Source: Octopus sinensis
Lineage: Eukaryota
DNA length: 64,000 nt
Assembly (NCBI RefSeq): GCF_006345805.1
Contig: NC_043009.1
Coordinates: forward strand, 12,276,001 to 12,340,000
Direction: 5' to 3'
Both the position numbers and the translations under genes were made by a program. Under the pieces are notes generated by a model. The model saw only the letters and a program-made list of their open reading frames with translations, did not search any database and was not told the DNA's origin. Of this stretch, positions 1-13,460 are shown one piece after another. How positions within the stretch are numbered: the first letter of the stretch is position 1; the number at the start of each line of letters is the position of its first letter.

Positions 1-277
1 ACATGTCCTGGGGTGGATTCCTTCGACTAAAACACTCCTTAAGGCAGTGCCCCAGCATGGTCGCAGTCAAATGGCTGAAAGAAACAAGTAAAATAATAAA
101 AGAAGGAATAATCTATATATATATATATATATATATAAAGGGTGGGTGTTAAGGGCACAGATAGTGTGCCTAAAGCCAGCTGGAGACGATGATCTTCTGG
201 GGCTAAAAGCTACAGTAACACCCACCCTTTGTGGTTAGCCATATTGAGATGGCTATTATACTTTACAATATTTTAAT

Positions 278-324
278 TGTTACAGTTGAAAAGGTCTCAA
301 ATGGCCGAAACCGGTACTGAAATG
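278..324 (+). ncRNA. Minimal type I hammerhead ribozyme fold, U3-A8 core variant
   Basis: Helix I TGTTACAG(278-285)/CTGAAATG(317-324); core TTGAAAA 286-292; helix II GGTC/GGCC; GAAA 307-310; palindromic helix III ACCGGT; GUA cleavage triplet 314-316. Confidence 0.65.
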
Positions 325-408
325 TTCTTTATAAAATTATTTTAGCATTTTCTATCTTGACTTGTTTTTTCATATCTATCAACACGTGTGTCCCTTTTCA
401 TCCTTACA

Positions 409-460
<52 letters not shown>

Positions 461-910
461 AATAAGTCAATAATGCCTATATGTTCTTCGCTGAAGTCGT
501 TGCCGAATCTGAAGAGAGGAATATTTCGAATGTAGTTTTGGGAAAATTTATATTTGGTTGTTATGAGGGAGTAGCGTTGATAAAGAACAGGAAAATGTTG
601 GATATGAGTCATTGCTATTCAAGTGTATATAATGTGTAGTGTTGTAGATAAGCTTCGTTCATGTGATGAGTCATTGCATATCTTTTGTGCAGTTTAATGA
701 TATTATGTCCTTTCTCATTGGAGTTTGTTTTCAAGGTCTCTCACTTACTTGTATAAATACTGCTTCATGGCATTTCGTCCGTACTTACGTTCTGAGTTCT
801 ATTTCCGCCGTGATTGACTTTGCTTTCATCTTTTTTGAGTCGATGAAATAAGTACCAGTTCAACTTACCTCGCCCTTCAAATTGTTGGCCTTGCGCCAAA
901 ATTTAAAACC

Positions 911-963
<53 letters not shown>

Positions 964-1203
964 CAATAATATTATGTTTTTTCCTTCTTTCTTCAAATTT
1001 TCTTCCGTTTCTCGACGAGTGTTTTCCATACACCTAGGGCAGAGAAGGGCATTGTGTGCATTCCCAGATTACACTCGCAAATTCACAGATAAAATATGTA
1101 TTTAAAAATTAATAAATATATTCATGGATGGATGTTATTTTCACAACGATAGTGCTCTTCTCAGTACAGGAGCCGTTCCAGTTAATACGATTGAGACGTT
1201 CCA

Positions 1204-1271
<68 letters not shown>

Positions 1272-1273
1272 CA

Positions 1274-1324
<51 letters not shown>

Positions 1325-1344
1325 TATTATTATTATGATGATGC

Positions 1345-1540
1345 TGGTGAGCTGGCAGAATCGTTAGCACGTCGGACAAAAAGCTTAGTGATAGTTCTTC
1401 TGGCTGTAAACGTTCTAAGTTCAAATCCCATCGAGGTCAACTTTGTTTTTATCCTTTCGGGGTTGATAAAATAAAGTACCCGTCGAGTACTACAGTTAAT
1501 ACGATCGACTAACCCCACTCTCACTAAAATGGCTGGTTTT
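1345..1540 (+). mobile_element. tRNA-derived SINE (family with ggcgagctggcagaatcgttagcacg head)
   Basis: Head gagctggcagaatcgttagcacg, B-box-like gttcaaatc, central ctttgttttatcctttcggggttgataaa; many paralogues in the window. Confidence 0.8.
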
Positions 1541-1855
1541 CTGCTATAATTAAATTAAGTATTACTTTGGTTTGAAGACGTATGTGACTTTGTTGAGGGT
1601 ACTTTCTTTGGAGTTCGAGAAACTGGAGGAATGTATTTTCTTATCAAATAATTCAAAGCAGTATCCCTCAAGGTGGCGACACAGGCACCAACGTTGCGGC
1701 AGGGCAATATTTTGGTGACGCGTTTGTTAGTTCAGAAATTAGTAAGAAACGAATAAACTTTGCAATAAAGTTTTAACTAACACTCCTTCTGAACACACAC
1801 ACAGACACACACACACAAACACACACACAAACACACACATAAACACACACACACA

Positions 1856-1936
<81 letters not shown>

Positions 1937-1937
1937 G

Positions 1938-2430
1938 CAGGAATCCCTCGACTATCGCGTGTGTTACTTTCCACCACCACAACCACCGCGATAGATTACA
2001 ATCCGCGAAGTAGAAAAAGTACTGTACTGTATATTTTTAAAATCATATTTATAATTTGTATATGCTTATTCTATTATAAATGCAAAACAGCACCACACGC
2101 TCACCTCCCGAGCTTCGTTTTCCACACAGCATGTGCGATTCTTTGCTTACTCATCTACGGTACACTACGTATTTTCTTTTAATATATATTAATTAATGTG
2201 TTATACAGTGCAGTATATTCATTTATTAATTCATTAAAATTTAGGTGTGAAAATCCTTATTTTACCACAGAAATATTTTAAAATCGAAAAATAGATATAA
2301 ATACCCATCGGCCGCAGAAACCCGCAATATACTGAGGAGACCGCGATATAAATTTACAAATATTAGCCAGAAAATTCGGGGATGTACTGAGGGCCCGATC
2401 GGTGAACCCCGATATGGTGAGTGATTACTG
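1938..2430. mobile_element. pogo/Tigger-like MITE, degenerate
   Basis: Imperfect terminal inverted repeats caggaatccctcg (1938) / gtgagtgattactg (ends 2430), non-coding interior, microsatellite flanks. Confidence 0.5.
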
Positions 2431-2521
2431 TGTGTGTGTATATATATATATATTATATATATATATATATATTAATACATACATACACACACATAATATA
2501 TATATATATATATATACATGT

Positions 2522-2556
<35 letters not shown>

Positions 2557-3000
2557 ATTTTATTCGTAAAATTTTTTACTGGCATGCCCTATATTGCCGG
2601 GTATATTTTGCGTCTGCACAGAGGTTTGAAAAGTTAAGATTTACAAATTGTTAGATCGACACATGGTCTAACGCTCTGTGCATCTAGAATTAGCAAAGGC
2701 GTCCCGCTGACCAACCTTGCCTTGGCAAACATATTCTGTCTGTTTTGCTAGAAAGAGGTAGAAACTGATCAGTCCGGGATATATCGTTAATGGTAAATGT
2801 TTTTGATTTTCACTCTCGATGAATTTGTCCCTTTTTGTGTCTCTAGCACTAGGCTTCCTTATTTGGGAGCCCTTAATTATATTTCTATATGAATGATATT
2901 TTTCTATATGAATAATATTTTGTCTAATGACTAATTCGTCTTTTGTGCTAGGCCACTGGTAATAATAATCTATGTTATTATCCTTTTTGATTATATTCAT

Positions 3001-3059
<59 letters not shown>

Positions 3060-3084
3060 ATATATTATAAAATATATATACATA

Positions 3085-3460
3085 TGCTTCCGGTCCAGTC
3101 CCACTGCGTCCAGTCCCACTGGGCAGGGCAAGTGTCTTCTACTCGGGCCAACCAAACCTTGTGTGTGGATTTGGTAGACGGAAACTGAAAGAAGCCCGTC
3201 GTATATATGCATATGTATATATATGTATATATATATGTGTGTAGGTGTTTGTGTGTCTGTGTTTGTCCCCCCAAAAAACATCGCTTGACAACAGATGATA
3301 GTGTGTTTACGTCGCCGTAACTTAGCGATTCGGCAAAAAGAGACCGATAGAATAAGTACTAGGCTTACAAAGAATAAGCCCCGGGGTCGATTTGCTCGAC
3401 TAAAGGCGGTGCTCCAGCATGGCCGTAGTCAAATGACTGAAATAAGTAGAAGAGTAAAGA
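3085..3460 (+). mobile_element. tRNA-derived CORE-type SINE with internal (TA)/(TG) microsatellite
   Basis: CORE-like gggcaagtgtcttct, internal (TA)n(TG)n, tail ...cagtcaaatgactgaaataagta shared with >10 copies. Confidence 0.8.
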
Positions 3461-3905
3461 GTATATGCTATTCTCTAATTATGTCCGCTCATGGAGAAGC
3501 ACGTGTCATTAAAAAAAAATTTATTTGTTTATTTATTCGGGAAATCGATCTTGGGGCGTGGGTCAACAAGGATGAGACATGCCGACATTGTACTGAATTT
3601 CATAGGAAGAAAGAAAAGAAGGAAAAGAGGAAAATATTGTACATTAACGCAAAAGTTTTCTTTTAGTTGAAGAATGAAATTCTACACAAATAGTAATTGT
3701 TAGTTACTCGCAAAGGAAAGAGGTGTTAATTCTGTGAAATTAAGAAATAATCTCTTAACAATTGATTTATTATGATTGGAGAAATGAATCTGTAATCTTT
3801 ACACGCAAGGAATCTGCAATGTTTGTAGGCAAGAATTATGTTTCGGTTTATTAGACCTCAACAGCTTAATCTTCTTTAGTCTACAAAAAAATACGGCAGT
3901 AGAAG

Positions 3906-4100
3906 TGGAGGCGCAATGGCCCAGTGGTTAGGGCAGCAGACTCGCGGTCGGAAGATGGTGGTTTCAATTCCCAGACCGGGCGTTGTGTGTGTTTATTGAG
4001 CGAAAACATCTAAAGCTCTTGAGGCTCCGGCAGGGGGTGGTGGCGACCCCTGTTGTACTCTTTCGCTCCACCTTTCTCTCACACTTTCTTCCTCTTATCC
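3906..4100 (+). mobile_element. tRNA-derived SINE (third family), 5' part
   Basis: A-box tggcccagtgg, B-box-like ggtttcaattcc; homologous to 9972-10272. Confidence 0.7.
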
Positions 4101-4653
4101 CCGACTTCCTACGCAACCGGATGCACATTCATCCATGCACATTCATCCGTCGATGCTTTCTCTTCTGCGGGTCTTACGAATAGCAAAAGGACCACGTTTC
4201 GGACTTCTCCCACTCTGGGACGAAGACCGCTTCGCTCAACAAACAAACAGCAGCAGACACTGGGTTCTTATTCTCAGATCTGTGACCTTCATATATTACA
4301 GCGATTCCAAATGAATTAATATCCCAATCATATACCATTCCATCCTCTTTTCTCTGTAATAGAAACAATCTTAAAACAGTGGGTCCACACCGTGTTCAAT
4401 TATGCGCAAATATAAATAATTTGCTTATTTATTTCCTATCGTATTTATTTATGTATTTGCTTGTTTGTATATTTATTTATGGGAGATAAGTGATGGAAGC
4501 AAACTTTCTGAATTTATACCAATCCCTTACAATTACTTTGACCCCCGAGAGTAAACATTAGAGTGCGCCGTGTCACAATAACCTGACATTTGTACAAGTG
4601 TTTTAGTCTGTGTTTGTGTGTGGATTCGTTAGTTTAAGCTCATGTATTTGTGA

Positions 4654-4684
<31 letters not shown>

Positions 4685-4873
4685 CGTGCATTGCGAGCAT
4701 ATGCTCACGTGCATGTGTTTAAATGTCAGTCTATGTATGTGTATGTGTAATGAAAATGTTGCGTTCATGTGTGAACATGGAATCTTTTGCATGTGGTTAA
4801 AACGTATCTTATCTATGTGAATTTCCAGGCGCGCCTTGCTATGTTCATTTCTTTGCGTAGATAAGTATGAATC

Positions 4874-4905
<32 letters not shown>

Positions 4906-4963
4906 TACATATATATATATACATATATATATATGTATATAATATATATGTATTATAATATAT

Positions 4964-5025
<62 letters not shown>

Positions 5026-5570
5026 AAGTACACACATTTATATTTATATATCAGTGGGGTTGTTTGTAATATCAGATGCATGCTTTTCTATGAATATATA
5101 TCTATATATTTCTTGAGATTATGCACACATCTGTGCAGGTACATATTATCGTGTATACTTAGATATGCATTTATGTGTGAAACTATTGCACTTGATTATA
5201 GAGCTTACATAAATGTATACATAAATGTATGCGCGTGCATGTGTGTGTGCACGTGTGTGTGCACGTGTGTGTGTGCGCGCGGCTCTGTCTATGGGTGTAC
5301 GTGCATAAGAATTACATACGCCCGAGCGTTCGCACACGGACATACACACAGACAGACACTTATATAATGCTTATCTTTAGTTGTTCATATGACTAAATGC
5401 TTGAAGAAAAGGCATCGTTACAAGCGACCTGATACACACGCACGCATATGCACAAATAACTGCGCAAATTGTTTGTATAAATTTCTGTTTGTGCGTATGT
5501 GTATGCATGCGAGTATGTGTGTGTATGTATGTATGTATATACACAAACACACACACACACATATATATAT

Positions 5571-5601
<31 letters not shown>

Positions 5602-5662
5602 CATATATAAATATTATATATATATACATAATATATCTAATTATATATATATATATTATTAT

Positions 5663-5701
<39 letters not shown>

Positions 5702-5984
5702 TACATATATACATATATATATATATATAATTATATATATATATACTTATATATAATATATGTAAACGTCCATTTATGTATACATATATGTGGACTCACG
5801 TATGTGTATATGTGTATATGTGTATGAATGTGTATATGTATATTCATATATATATATACATACACATACATATATATGTATACATATAAATATACGCAGA
5901 TATATGTAGATACATATAAATACGTATATATACATGCACATATACGTGTGTGTCTGTGTGTGTGTTTGTGTCTGTGTGTTTGTG

Positions 5985-6025
<41 letters not shown>

Positions 6026-6617
6026 GTGTGTGTGTGTCTGATTGTGTGTAGGCAATGCGTGTTTGCATGAATATATATATCTGTACGATATCGGTTTACA
6101 TGAAGGTTTTATGCTGCGCTGAACTATTTTATTTCAATTCAACATAAACGAAGACCTTCGTCTGCGTGCCTTTGTTTCTCTACTCCTTTCCTTCCTTCGG
6201 TTCCTCTCTCCTCAAATTCTCCTTTTTTTTTACACTGCTTTGCATCTCGCGCCATTATCTTATTCAAACTCACAAAGACTTTTCTCTTTGTTTATCTGAC
6301 TGTCGGCTCCACTGTCTCATCGTTTTTACTTAAACATAATGGTTTCAGAATTTAGCACAAGGCCAGCAACCTGGCTCAACTGGCACTTGTGTTGTCGATC
6401 TCGATAAAAGGTGAAGCCGACCTCGGCAGAATTTGATGTCAGAAGCGTAAAGACGAACGGAACGCCGTTAAGTATTTTGCCTGGCATGTTAACCATTCTG
6501 CTTTATTTAAACCAAAATAATAGCCTCTGTGTCAGCAGATGTGTAATCAAAGACATTCTCGCCACGACTGTCCCATCATTTAATTTTTTCTGTTCAGACA
6601 AAGGGTATAACTTACAG

Positions 6618-6777
6618 GCGCGGGTGAAGCTGTGTAGAAAGAAGTTTACTTCCCAAATCACATGGTTCCGGGTTCAGTCCCACTACGTAGCACTTTCTGG
6701 AAATGTCTTCCACTACAGTACTGGGTTGATCAAAGCTTTGTGAGTGAATTTGATAGACGCAAACTAAAAGAAATCTG

Positions 6778-6814
<37 letters not shown>

Positions 6815-7240
6815 TACTGCATATATATAATCAAAATAAGCTACAAGTATATCTTCGGTAATTTGGTACGATCGTTTCATATGCTACTTTCATTTTATTA
6901 ACATTGTAAGTATTACATCATTTTTAAAATGTTTGACCATCTTCAGCCATTTATAGAAATCTTCCATCAAACGGACAATACATATACTTATGTCCATTTA
7001 TATATATATATGCATATATATGTGTGTGCGTGTGTGTGCTTGTATTCTGATTGTCCCCCACCACCGCTTTATAACCAGTGTTGGTTTGTTAACATCCCCG
7101 TAAGATATAAAACAGCAGTCCAATAAAATAAGCACCGATACTTAAAAGAATAAGCACTTAGGTCGATTCGTCAGACTAAAACTCTTCAAAATGGTGCCCC
7201 AGCATGGACGCAGTCTAATGACTGAAACAAGAGATAAAAA
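6618..7240 (+). mobile_element. CORE-type SINE interrupted in its internal (TA)n by a hammerhead module
   Basis: 5' half 6618-6780 and 3' half ~7020-7240 match the SINE family; unrelated insert 6829-6995 between (TA)n tracts. Confidence 0.75.
6860..6952 (-). ncRNA. Type I hammerhead ribozyme fold, family A (partly degenerate)
   Basis: Minus strand reads AAATGG-CTGAAGA-long helix II-GAAA-CGATCGT-A-CCAAAT; homologous to 38125 and 48510; helix I and base of helix II weakened. Confidence 0.65.
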
Positions 7241-8115
7241 GATAAAAAATAAGGTTGCCAGGACTACATTATCCAATACCAACTTCGTTTGTAAATGGAA
7301 TATTTGGCGACAGATTTTTTTTAAATTTGAAGAAGTACCAAGTATTTTCCTGGTCTCTCGGAATAATTGAGCAAATGTTAAAGAAACATAAAAGATCCAA
7401 TAATGAAATTTGCCTGAAGAAATACCTCCAGTATTCAAGACAATCCTAAAAGCACAACGTGGTAACATTTGGGTATTTCTTCAACTTGAAATGAACTAAG
7501 ACAAGCCTCTGTTTTTACTTTTAGTGTCAATGGATTGAGTTACGATACAGTCTTCATTGTCATTAATTTATTCGTTTATTTGTAGCTGCCATTGATCTAT
7601 GACCATACTGGAGCGACCAACTTAAACGCTTTTGGTTGATTTTATTTCCGATATAGCTTATTTTTAAGCCTTGGACTTATCGTTCGCATACCAAACTACT
7701 ATGCCGTTGCACATAAAAAAAGACACACACATAGACGTATGATTGTTTTTTTTTATGCCAAGTTATAATAACAACAATTTGACATTAAACTGAAGTATTA
7801 CTCAGCACTCTTTGTAGAGTACATATTTTTCTTTAACAAGAGTAACTTCGAAAAAAGAGTAACTTAGAAAAAATCCCTGGTTACCTTCCCCTGTCTGGAA
7901 CTTTCATACTTCACTTCATAGCGAAGAGATGACACAATATCGGCAAAGAAATTTGAGAAATTTGAAAAGAAAATACGAAACAGGTTATTTCTCCAAAAAC
8001 AATGTTACTTTATACAAAATTTTATAACATTTTCTTACCATAACGATTTAAATATATTCTTTAACCATATAACACAAATTTTCTGTAGTATTTTCAATCT
8101 ATTTTATCTGTTTAT

Positions 8116-8146
<31 letters not shown>

Positions 8147-8394
8147 TATATTATATATATATAGATATATATATATAGTTAGATACATATATATATATAT
8201 ATTATATATATACTCACACACACAGACACATGAACGGCAACGGAAACTCAAAGTAACAGGTTTTGTTGAATTTTCTGCTGCTGCTTAAAATAAAGCATAT
8301 TACTCTACCCACTGGTATTGAGTACTCTTTTTTTCCACCTTGTTTCACATTTATGTGTTTACTCCGGTATAATATATGAATGCGCCCTTTTAAA

Positions 8395-8622
8395 GCCTAG
8401 CCAGACTCATGGGCCTGGTTTCCCGGTTTCAATGGCGTATGTGTTCCCCAGCTGGACGGGACGCCAATCCATCGCATCGTTACTCACTTTGCCAGCTGAG
8501 TGGACTGGAGCAACGTAAAAGGAAGTGTTTTGCTCAAGAACACAACGCGTCGTCTGGTCCAGGAATCGAAACCACAATCTTACGATCATGATGCTGACAC
8601 CCTAACCACTAAGCCACACGCC
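8395..8622 (-). mobile_element. tRNA-derived SINE (distinct head)
   Basis: Minus strand ggcgtgtggcttagtggttagggtgtcagc...ggtttcgattcctgg (A/B boxes); tail related to 10200-10270. Confidence 0.7.
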
Positions 8623-9299
8623 TACACACACACACACATATATATATACATACATTCATACATACATACATACATACATACATACATACATACATACATC
8701 CCTTCAACTTTTCCTTATTCAGCGAGTCTAATCTCAACTTGAATGCAATTATCTGAAATAACTCCCACGTTTACGTTTGTTCCTTACAAATCCAGACCCC
8801 TAGATCTTCAAACTGAACACCACTAACCTCAATCTCGTTTGTTATGATAGAAGAGAACTGAGGACTATGAAGATCAAGGGGTTTGTCCTTTTCCTCCAAT
8901 TATGCTATTGAAATTGTCTCTGTCCATGCTTTTTGGTTTCATATCGAAAGCTAATCCTTTTGTCCTCCAAATCTCTTCAAATCTCTCCTCCATATCAATG
9001 CTCTTTTGTTTCCTTGCCTCTCACGTTTAGCCATCTCTCAGTCTTTCACTTAAATCTCCCGTCTCTCTCTTTCTTTTTCCTCTCTCCCCCTCTCTCTTTT
9101 TTTCCACTCTTCTTGTCTCTTTCTCTCCCTCTCTCCTCTTCTATTTACTTCTGTCTTCTCGTTTCTTTACCCCTGTCTCATCTCTTTTTAGCAAGGTACG
9201 GGCAAAGCGTTAAGTCTTATCAACAACAACCAGACACTCTGAAGATGTTCTTAGCTTGTAGGTAGGATGGAAGAAGGAGGTAGGGTAGAAATGATGATA

Positions 9300-9454
9300 G
9301 TGGAAGAAGATGATAGTGGAATAATAATAATCATGAAGAAAAAAAAAGAGAAGAAGAAGAAGAAGAAGAAGAAGAAGAAGAAAAGAGAAGAAGAAGAAGA
9401 AGAAGAAGAAGAGAAGAAGAAAAGGAGAAAGAAGAGTAAAGAAGAAGAAAAGAA

Positions 9455-9485
<31 letters not shown>

Positions 9486-9560
9486 AAGAAGAAGAAGAAG
9501 AAGAAGAAGAAGAAGAAGAAAGTGATGATGATGGTTATGTTGATGATGGTATTAATATAA
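9300..9560. repeat. (AAG)n/(ATG)n compound microsatellite
   Basis: Direct reading; explains the poly-K/E ORF 9267-9560. Confidence 0.95.
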
Positions 9561-9747
9561 TCGTGATGGTAGTGCTAATTACAAATTCAGAAATTGCCAG
9601 AGAAAGAAATCGTAGGTCTGCAAATTTGAGTGTTTCTATAGATATGCCTTTGAAAGAATGTAATAATTTTACATTGCTACACGACCAGACAATTGGAGTA
9701 GAGATTGAGTTTATTAATTCGACCCATTATTTCAAAGAGTTATAGAC

Positions 9748-9816
<69 letters not shown>

Positions 9817-9971
9817 TGATGGGGAGGAGGAGGTGGAAGAAGTGGAGGAGAATGATTATTGTTGGTTAGCAAAGAGAGGGTGGCTACCGCTGACCGTGAA
9901 GACTTATAATCAAAGATATTCTCGACAGTTCCATCGCTCCTTTACTTCAGATGTAGTAAATGTAAGACTAG

Positions 9972-10272
9972 TGGAGGCACATGGCCTAGTGGTTAAAGCA
10001 GCGCACTCGCGGTCGAGGGATCGCGGGTTCGAATCTCAGACCGGGCGATGTGTGTGTTTATGAGCGAAAAACCTAAGCTCCACGTGGCTCCGGCAGAAGG
10101 TAATGGCAAACTGCTGCTGACTCTTTCGCCACAACCTTCTCTCACTCTTTCCTCCTGCATCTTGCAGTTCACCTGCGACGGACCGGCGTCCCGTCCAGGT
10201 GGGGAACCTATACGCCAAGGAAACGGGAAACCGGCCCTTATGAGCCAGGCATGGCTCGAGAAGGAACAAACA
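9972..10272 (+). mobile_element. Near full-length tRNA-derived SINE (third family)
   Basis: A-box tggcctagtgg, B-box ggttcgaatct, tail gggaacctatacgccaaggaaac...gaaggaacaaac also seen at 54570-54645. Confidence 0.8.
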
Positions 10273-12029
10273 AATGTAAGGCTACATTATCCGAGGTAAT
10301 AGTTTCTTTTGAAAATAGTTGGTTGTAGTGATTTGTGAGAGATTCGGCAGCTGATTCTTGTGGAATGCGTGATTATGAAGAAGTTGCTTCAATAACGACG
10401 AACTTATAAAGGAAGGAATTGTTACCACGGAAATGAGAATACAATTAGCACTCATGTCGTGACCGTACACTTAGTTACGACTTGGTATTGTAGTAAAATA
10501 TCTAAGGTGCTTCCCTTTTACCTTTTATCTTTTACTTGTTTCAGTCATTAGACTGCAGCCATGCTGGGGCACCACCTTGAAGAATTTTTAGACGAACGAA
10601 TCCACCCCAATACTTGTTTTTTAAAAACCTGGTACTTATTATATCGAAAACTTTTGCCGAACCGCTAAGTAACGGGGACGTAAACACACCAACACTGGTT
10701 GTCCAGTGGGGTGGCGGGACAAACACCCACCCACACACCCACACACACACGCGCACACACACACACGCACACACACACACATAGATATATAGAGTATGGT
10801 ATAATTGATCGGTGATTAGGCTGTATTTTCAAGCAATTCTGATTATCCGTTAGAGTGTTCATCGTTGGATGATCTTAAGAGTCTACTGGGATATAGAGAA
10901 TAAAGAAAAGACAATCGAAGATATGAAACGGGAAAAGAAATAGAGAAGTAGAAAAAAAAACTATCGTGGATAGCCAAATTGGGTCACTTGGCAATTCACG
11001 TAAAAAACATTGATTTCAAATTTTGGCACTAGGCCAGCAAGTTCGGAGGAGGAGATTAAGTCGATTACATTAACCCCAGCAGTCAACTTGTATTTAATTT
11101 ATCAACCCCAAAAGGACGAAAGGTAAAGTGACCTCGGCGGAATTCGAACTCAGAACGTAAATCGTGAAATACCCCTAAGCGTAATGACGATTGTACCACA
11201 TAAAAAAATATTAGCAAAAAATCAAGTATCATAAATATCCTTGACCACTGACAGAGAAAGACTAGTAAAACTCATTCGCAGACATCCTCCATCTTCTGGC
11301 TCAAAAATCGTGCTCTCTCCTTTCTAATGAGACTCTAATGGCCTCTATTCCTCAGTGTTGGCAGGTCTTGCATCTCCAATAGTTAGACACCCTTTCCCCT
11401 CCTTTCATCATCCGTGCTGCTTCCACGTCCCAGATCCTGCACTGAACCCTACGCTTAGTCTGTTCACCTCAGAACTTCGGTACTCGGGGAATTTATTTCA
11501 GACGCCTTTCTTTCCTGCATCAAACATTCCGGTCTAAGAGAACCTACAAAGACCGTGGACAGCACACAACTTTCTTCCAGACGAGAAAGTAATAATTTTT
11601 TAAAAATTGCGGAAGACTATTTTCGTTGATATGTGTATTCAACAGAGACAAACAAAACTTCACATACCACATATAATACAGAAACGTGTTTTCCACATTT
11701 CGGTGCGTTTTGGCTTTTTAAAAAGTGACGGGCCCCCTGGTAAATATCAAGGCTGACACTTTCTCTAGTCGAAGCTAAGGAAAAAGAGAGAGAGAAAGAG
11801 AAGTGGTTGTTAATATAGCGTAACTTCGTTTTTTTGTTGCCTTATCAAATTTGTTTATCTGATATAACCTAGGTGTATATATCAACACACGTGTGTATAA
11901 ATGTGTTCGTTCAACATTAAGCTGATACGCAGCCACATATACACACATACTTATGCATATGTATGAATGTATGATTCTATGTAAAGACGTACGTACAAAT
12001 GCATACGCGTATATATGAATTTATGCATG

Positions 12030-12107
<78 letters not shown>

Positions 12108-13059
12108 GTGTATGGTTGTCTGTATATAAGTTAATGTTTACAGTATGGTATTATGCATGTGTATGTATGTGTTTGTAACTGTGCTGTGTGTGTGTTTTGT
12201 GTGTGTGTGCGTGTGTGTGTGCGCATGTATGTGTAGTGTATATATTCTCTGTTTGTAAGATGATGTGCAACGTCTAGTATATCGGTGATAGTTGGTTGGG
12301 AAGGTGTACTGCTACTTTACACCTGCTTACAGCACATTGCCACTAGCTAGCGCATTTGGTAAACTAGAAAGTAGCCGAATACGCAAGCCCTCTCTCTCCA
12401 TTATGCAGCCTCCCTGATTAAGACTCTACTGAGAAGTCCCTGTGTCCATACGTGGTAAGTGGGTACTTTGCGTCTTCGGAGATAGAGTTAACTTGGTAGA
12501 CGATCTTGGAACAGCAGCAAGATCCATCCTTATTGGCGGATAAGCTCAGATACTTATCAAACACTTCTCTGCTGTCTTGTGGATAAAAAAGTAGAAATAT
12601 AAAAGCTAAATGGGTTGACCATAATATGATAAAAGAAAAGCTGTGAATCAGCTTCGAGATATCTTCTCAGATGTCTCTGCAATTGGAGGCAGGTACCAAT
12701 CATTTTGGGTCATCCTTACCATCTTCTCAGCAAATTTAATGACGCTGGGAAATATGCACTCTTAGCGCACCTTTGTAGTCTTCTTTAAAATGCTTTATAG
12801 TATATATTACTTTGTAGTGTGCATGTGTCTCCTCTGGTAGTGTGGGTCTAGGGTTTCCTAAGTTTAGAGGTAATGCAAAGCCTGGCGATGGGTGCAGCTC
12901 TAAAGGAACTGAAAACTAATCATGAACCTACAGTTCAGCAGCACCGGCCAATGCCCATTCGAAGCAAGAAAGCAACCATAAAATTTCGTCTTTATTATTT
13001 TCTTTGGTGATTGTGACAGTAATGCTGCTGGTATACTCTTTACTCTTTTCACTCTTTTA

Positions 13060-13460
13060 CTTGTTTCAGTCATTTGACTGCGGCCATGCTGGAGCACCGC
13101 CTTTAATCGAGCAACTCGACCCCGGGACTTATTCTTTTTGTAAGCCCAGTACTTATTCTATCGGTCTCTTTTGCCGAACCGCTAAGTAACGGGGACATAA
13201 ACACACCAGCATCGGTTGTCAAGCGATGTTTGGTGGGGGGACAAACACAGACACACACACACACCCACACGCATATACATATATATACATATATACGACG
13301 GGCTTCTTTCAGTTTCCGTCTGCCAAATCCACTCACAAGGCTTTGGTCGGCCCGAGGCTATAGCAGAAGACACTTGCCCAAGGTGCCACGCAGTGGGACT
13401 GAACCCGGAACCATGTGGTTGGTAAACAAGCTACTTACCACACAGCCACTCCTGCGCCTG
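13060..13460 (-). mobile_element. Full-length CORE-type SINE
   Basis: Head (minus strand) ggcgcaggagtggctgtgtggtaag, CORE-like segment, internal (CA)(TA), tail; near-identical copies at 18040-18422, 32530-32935, 36225-36650, 59695-60090. Confidence 0.9.

Noticed and set aside
3906-3980. Functional tRNA genes at SINE heads (also 9972, 8550-8622)
   Set aside because: A/B boxes are present but there is no complete cloverleaf, and each continues into a repeated SINE body
11310-11356. Minus-strand CTGAGGA...GAAA as a hammerhead
   Set aside because: The base of helix II is unpaired, and there is no helix I or credible helix III
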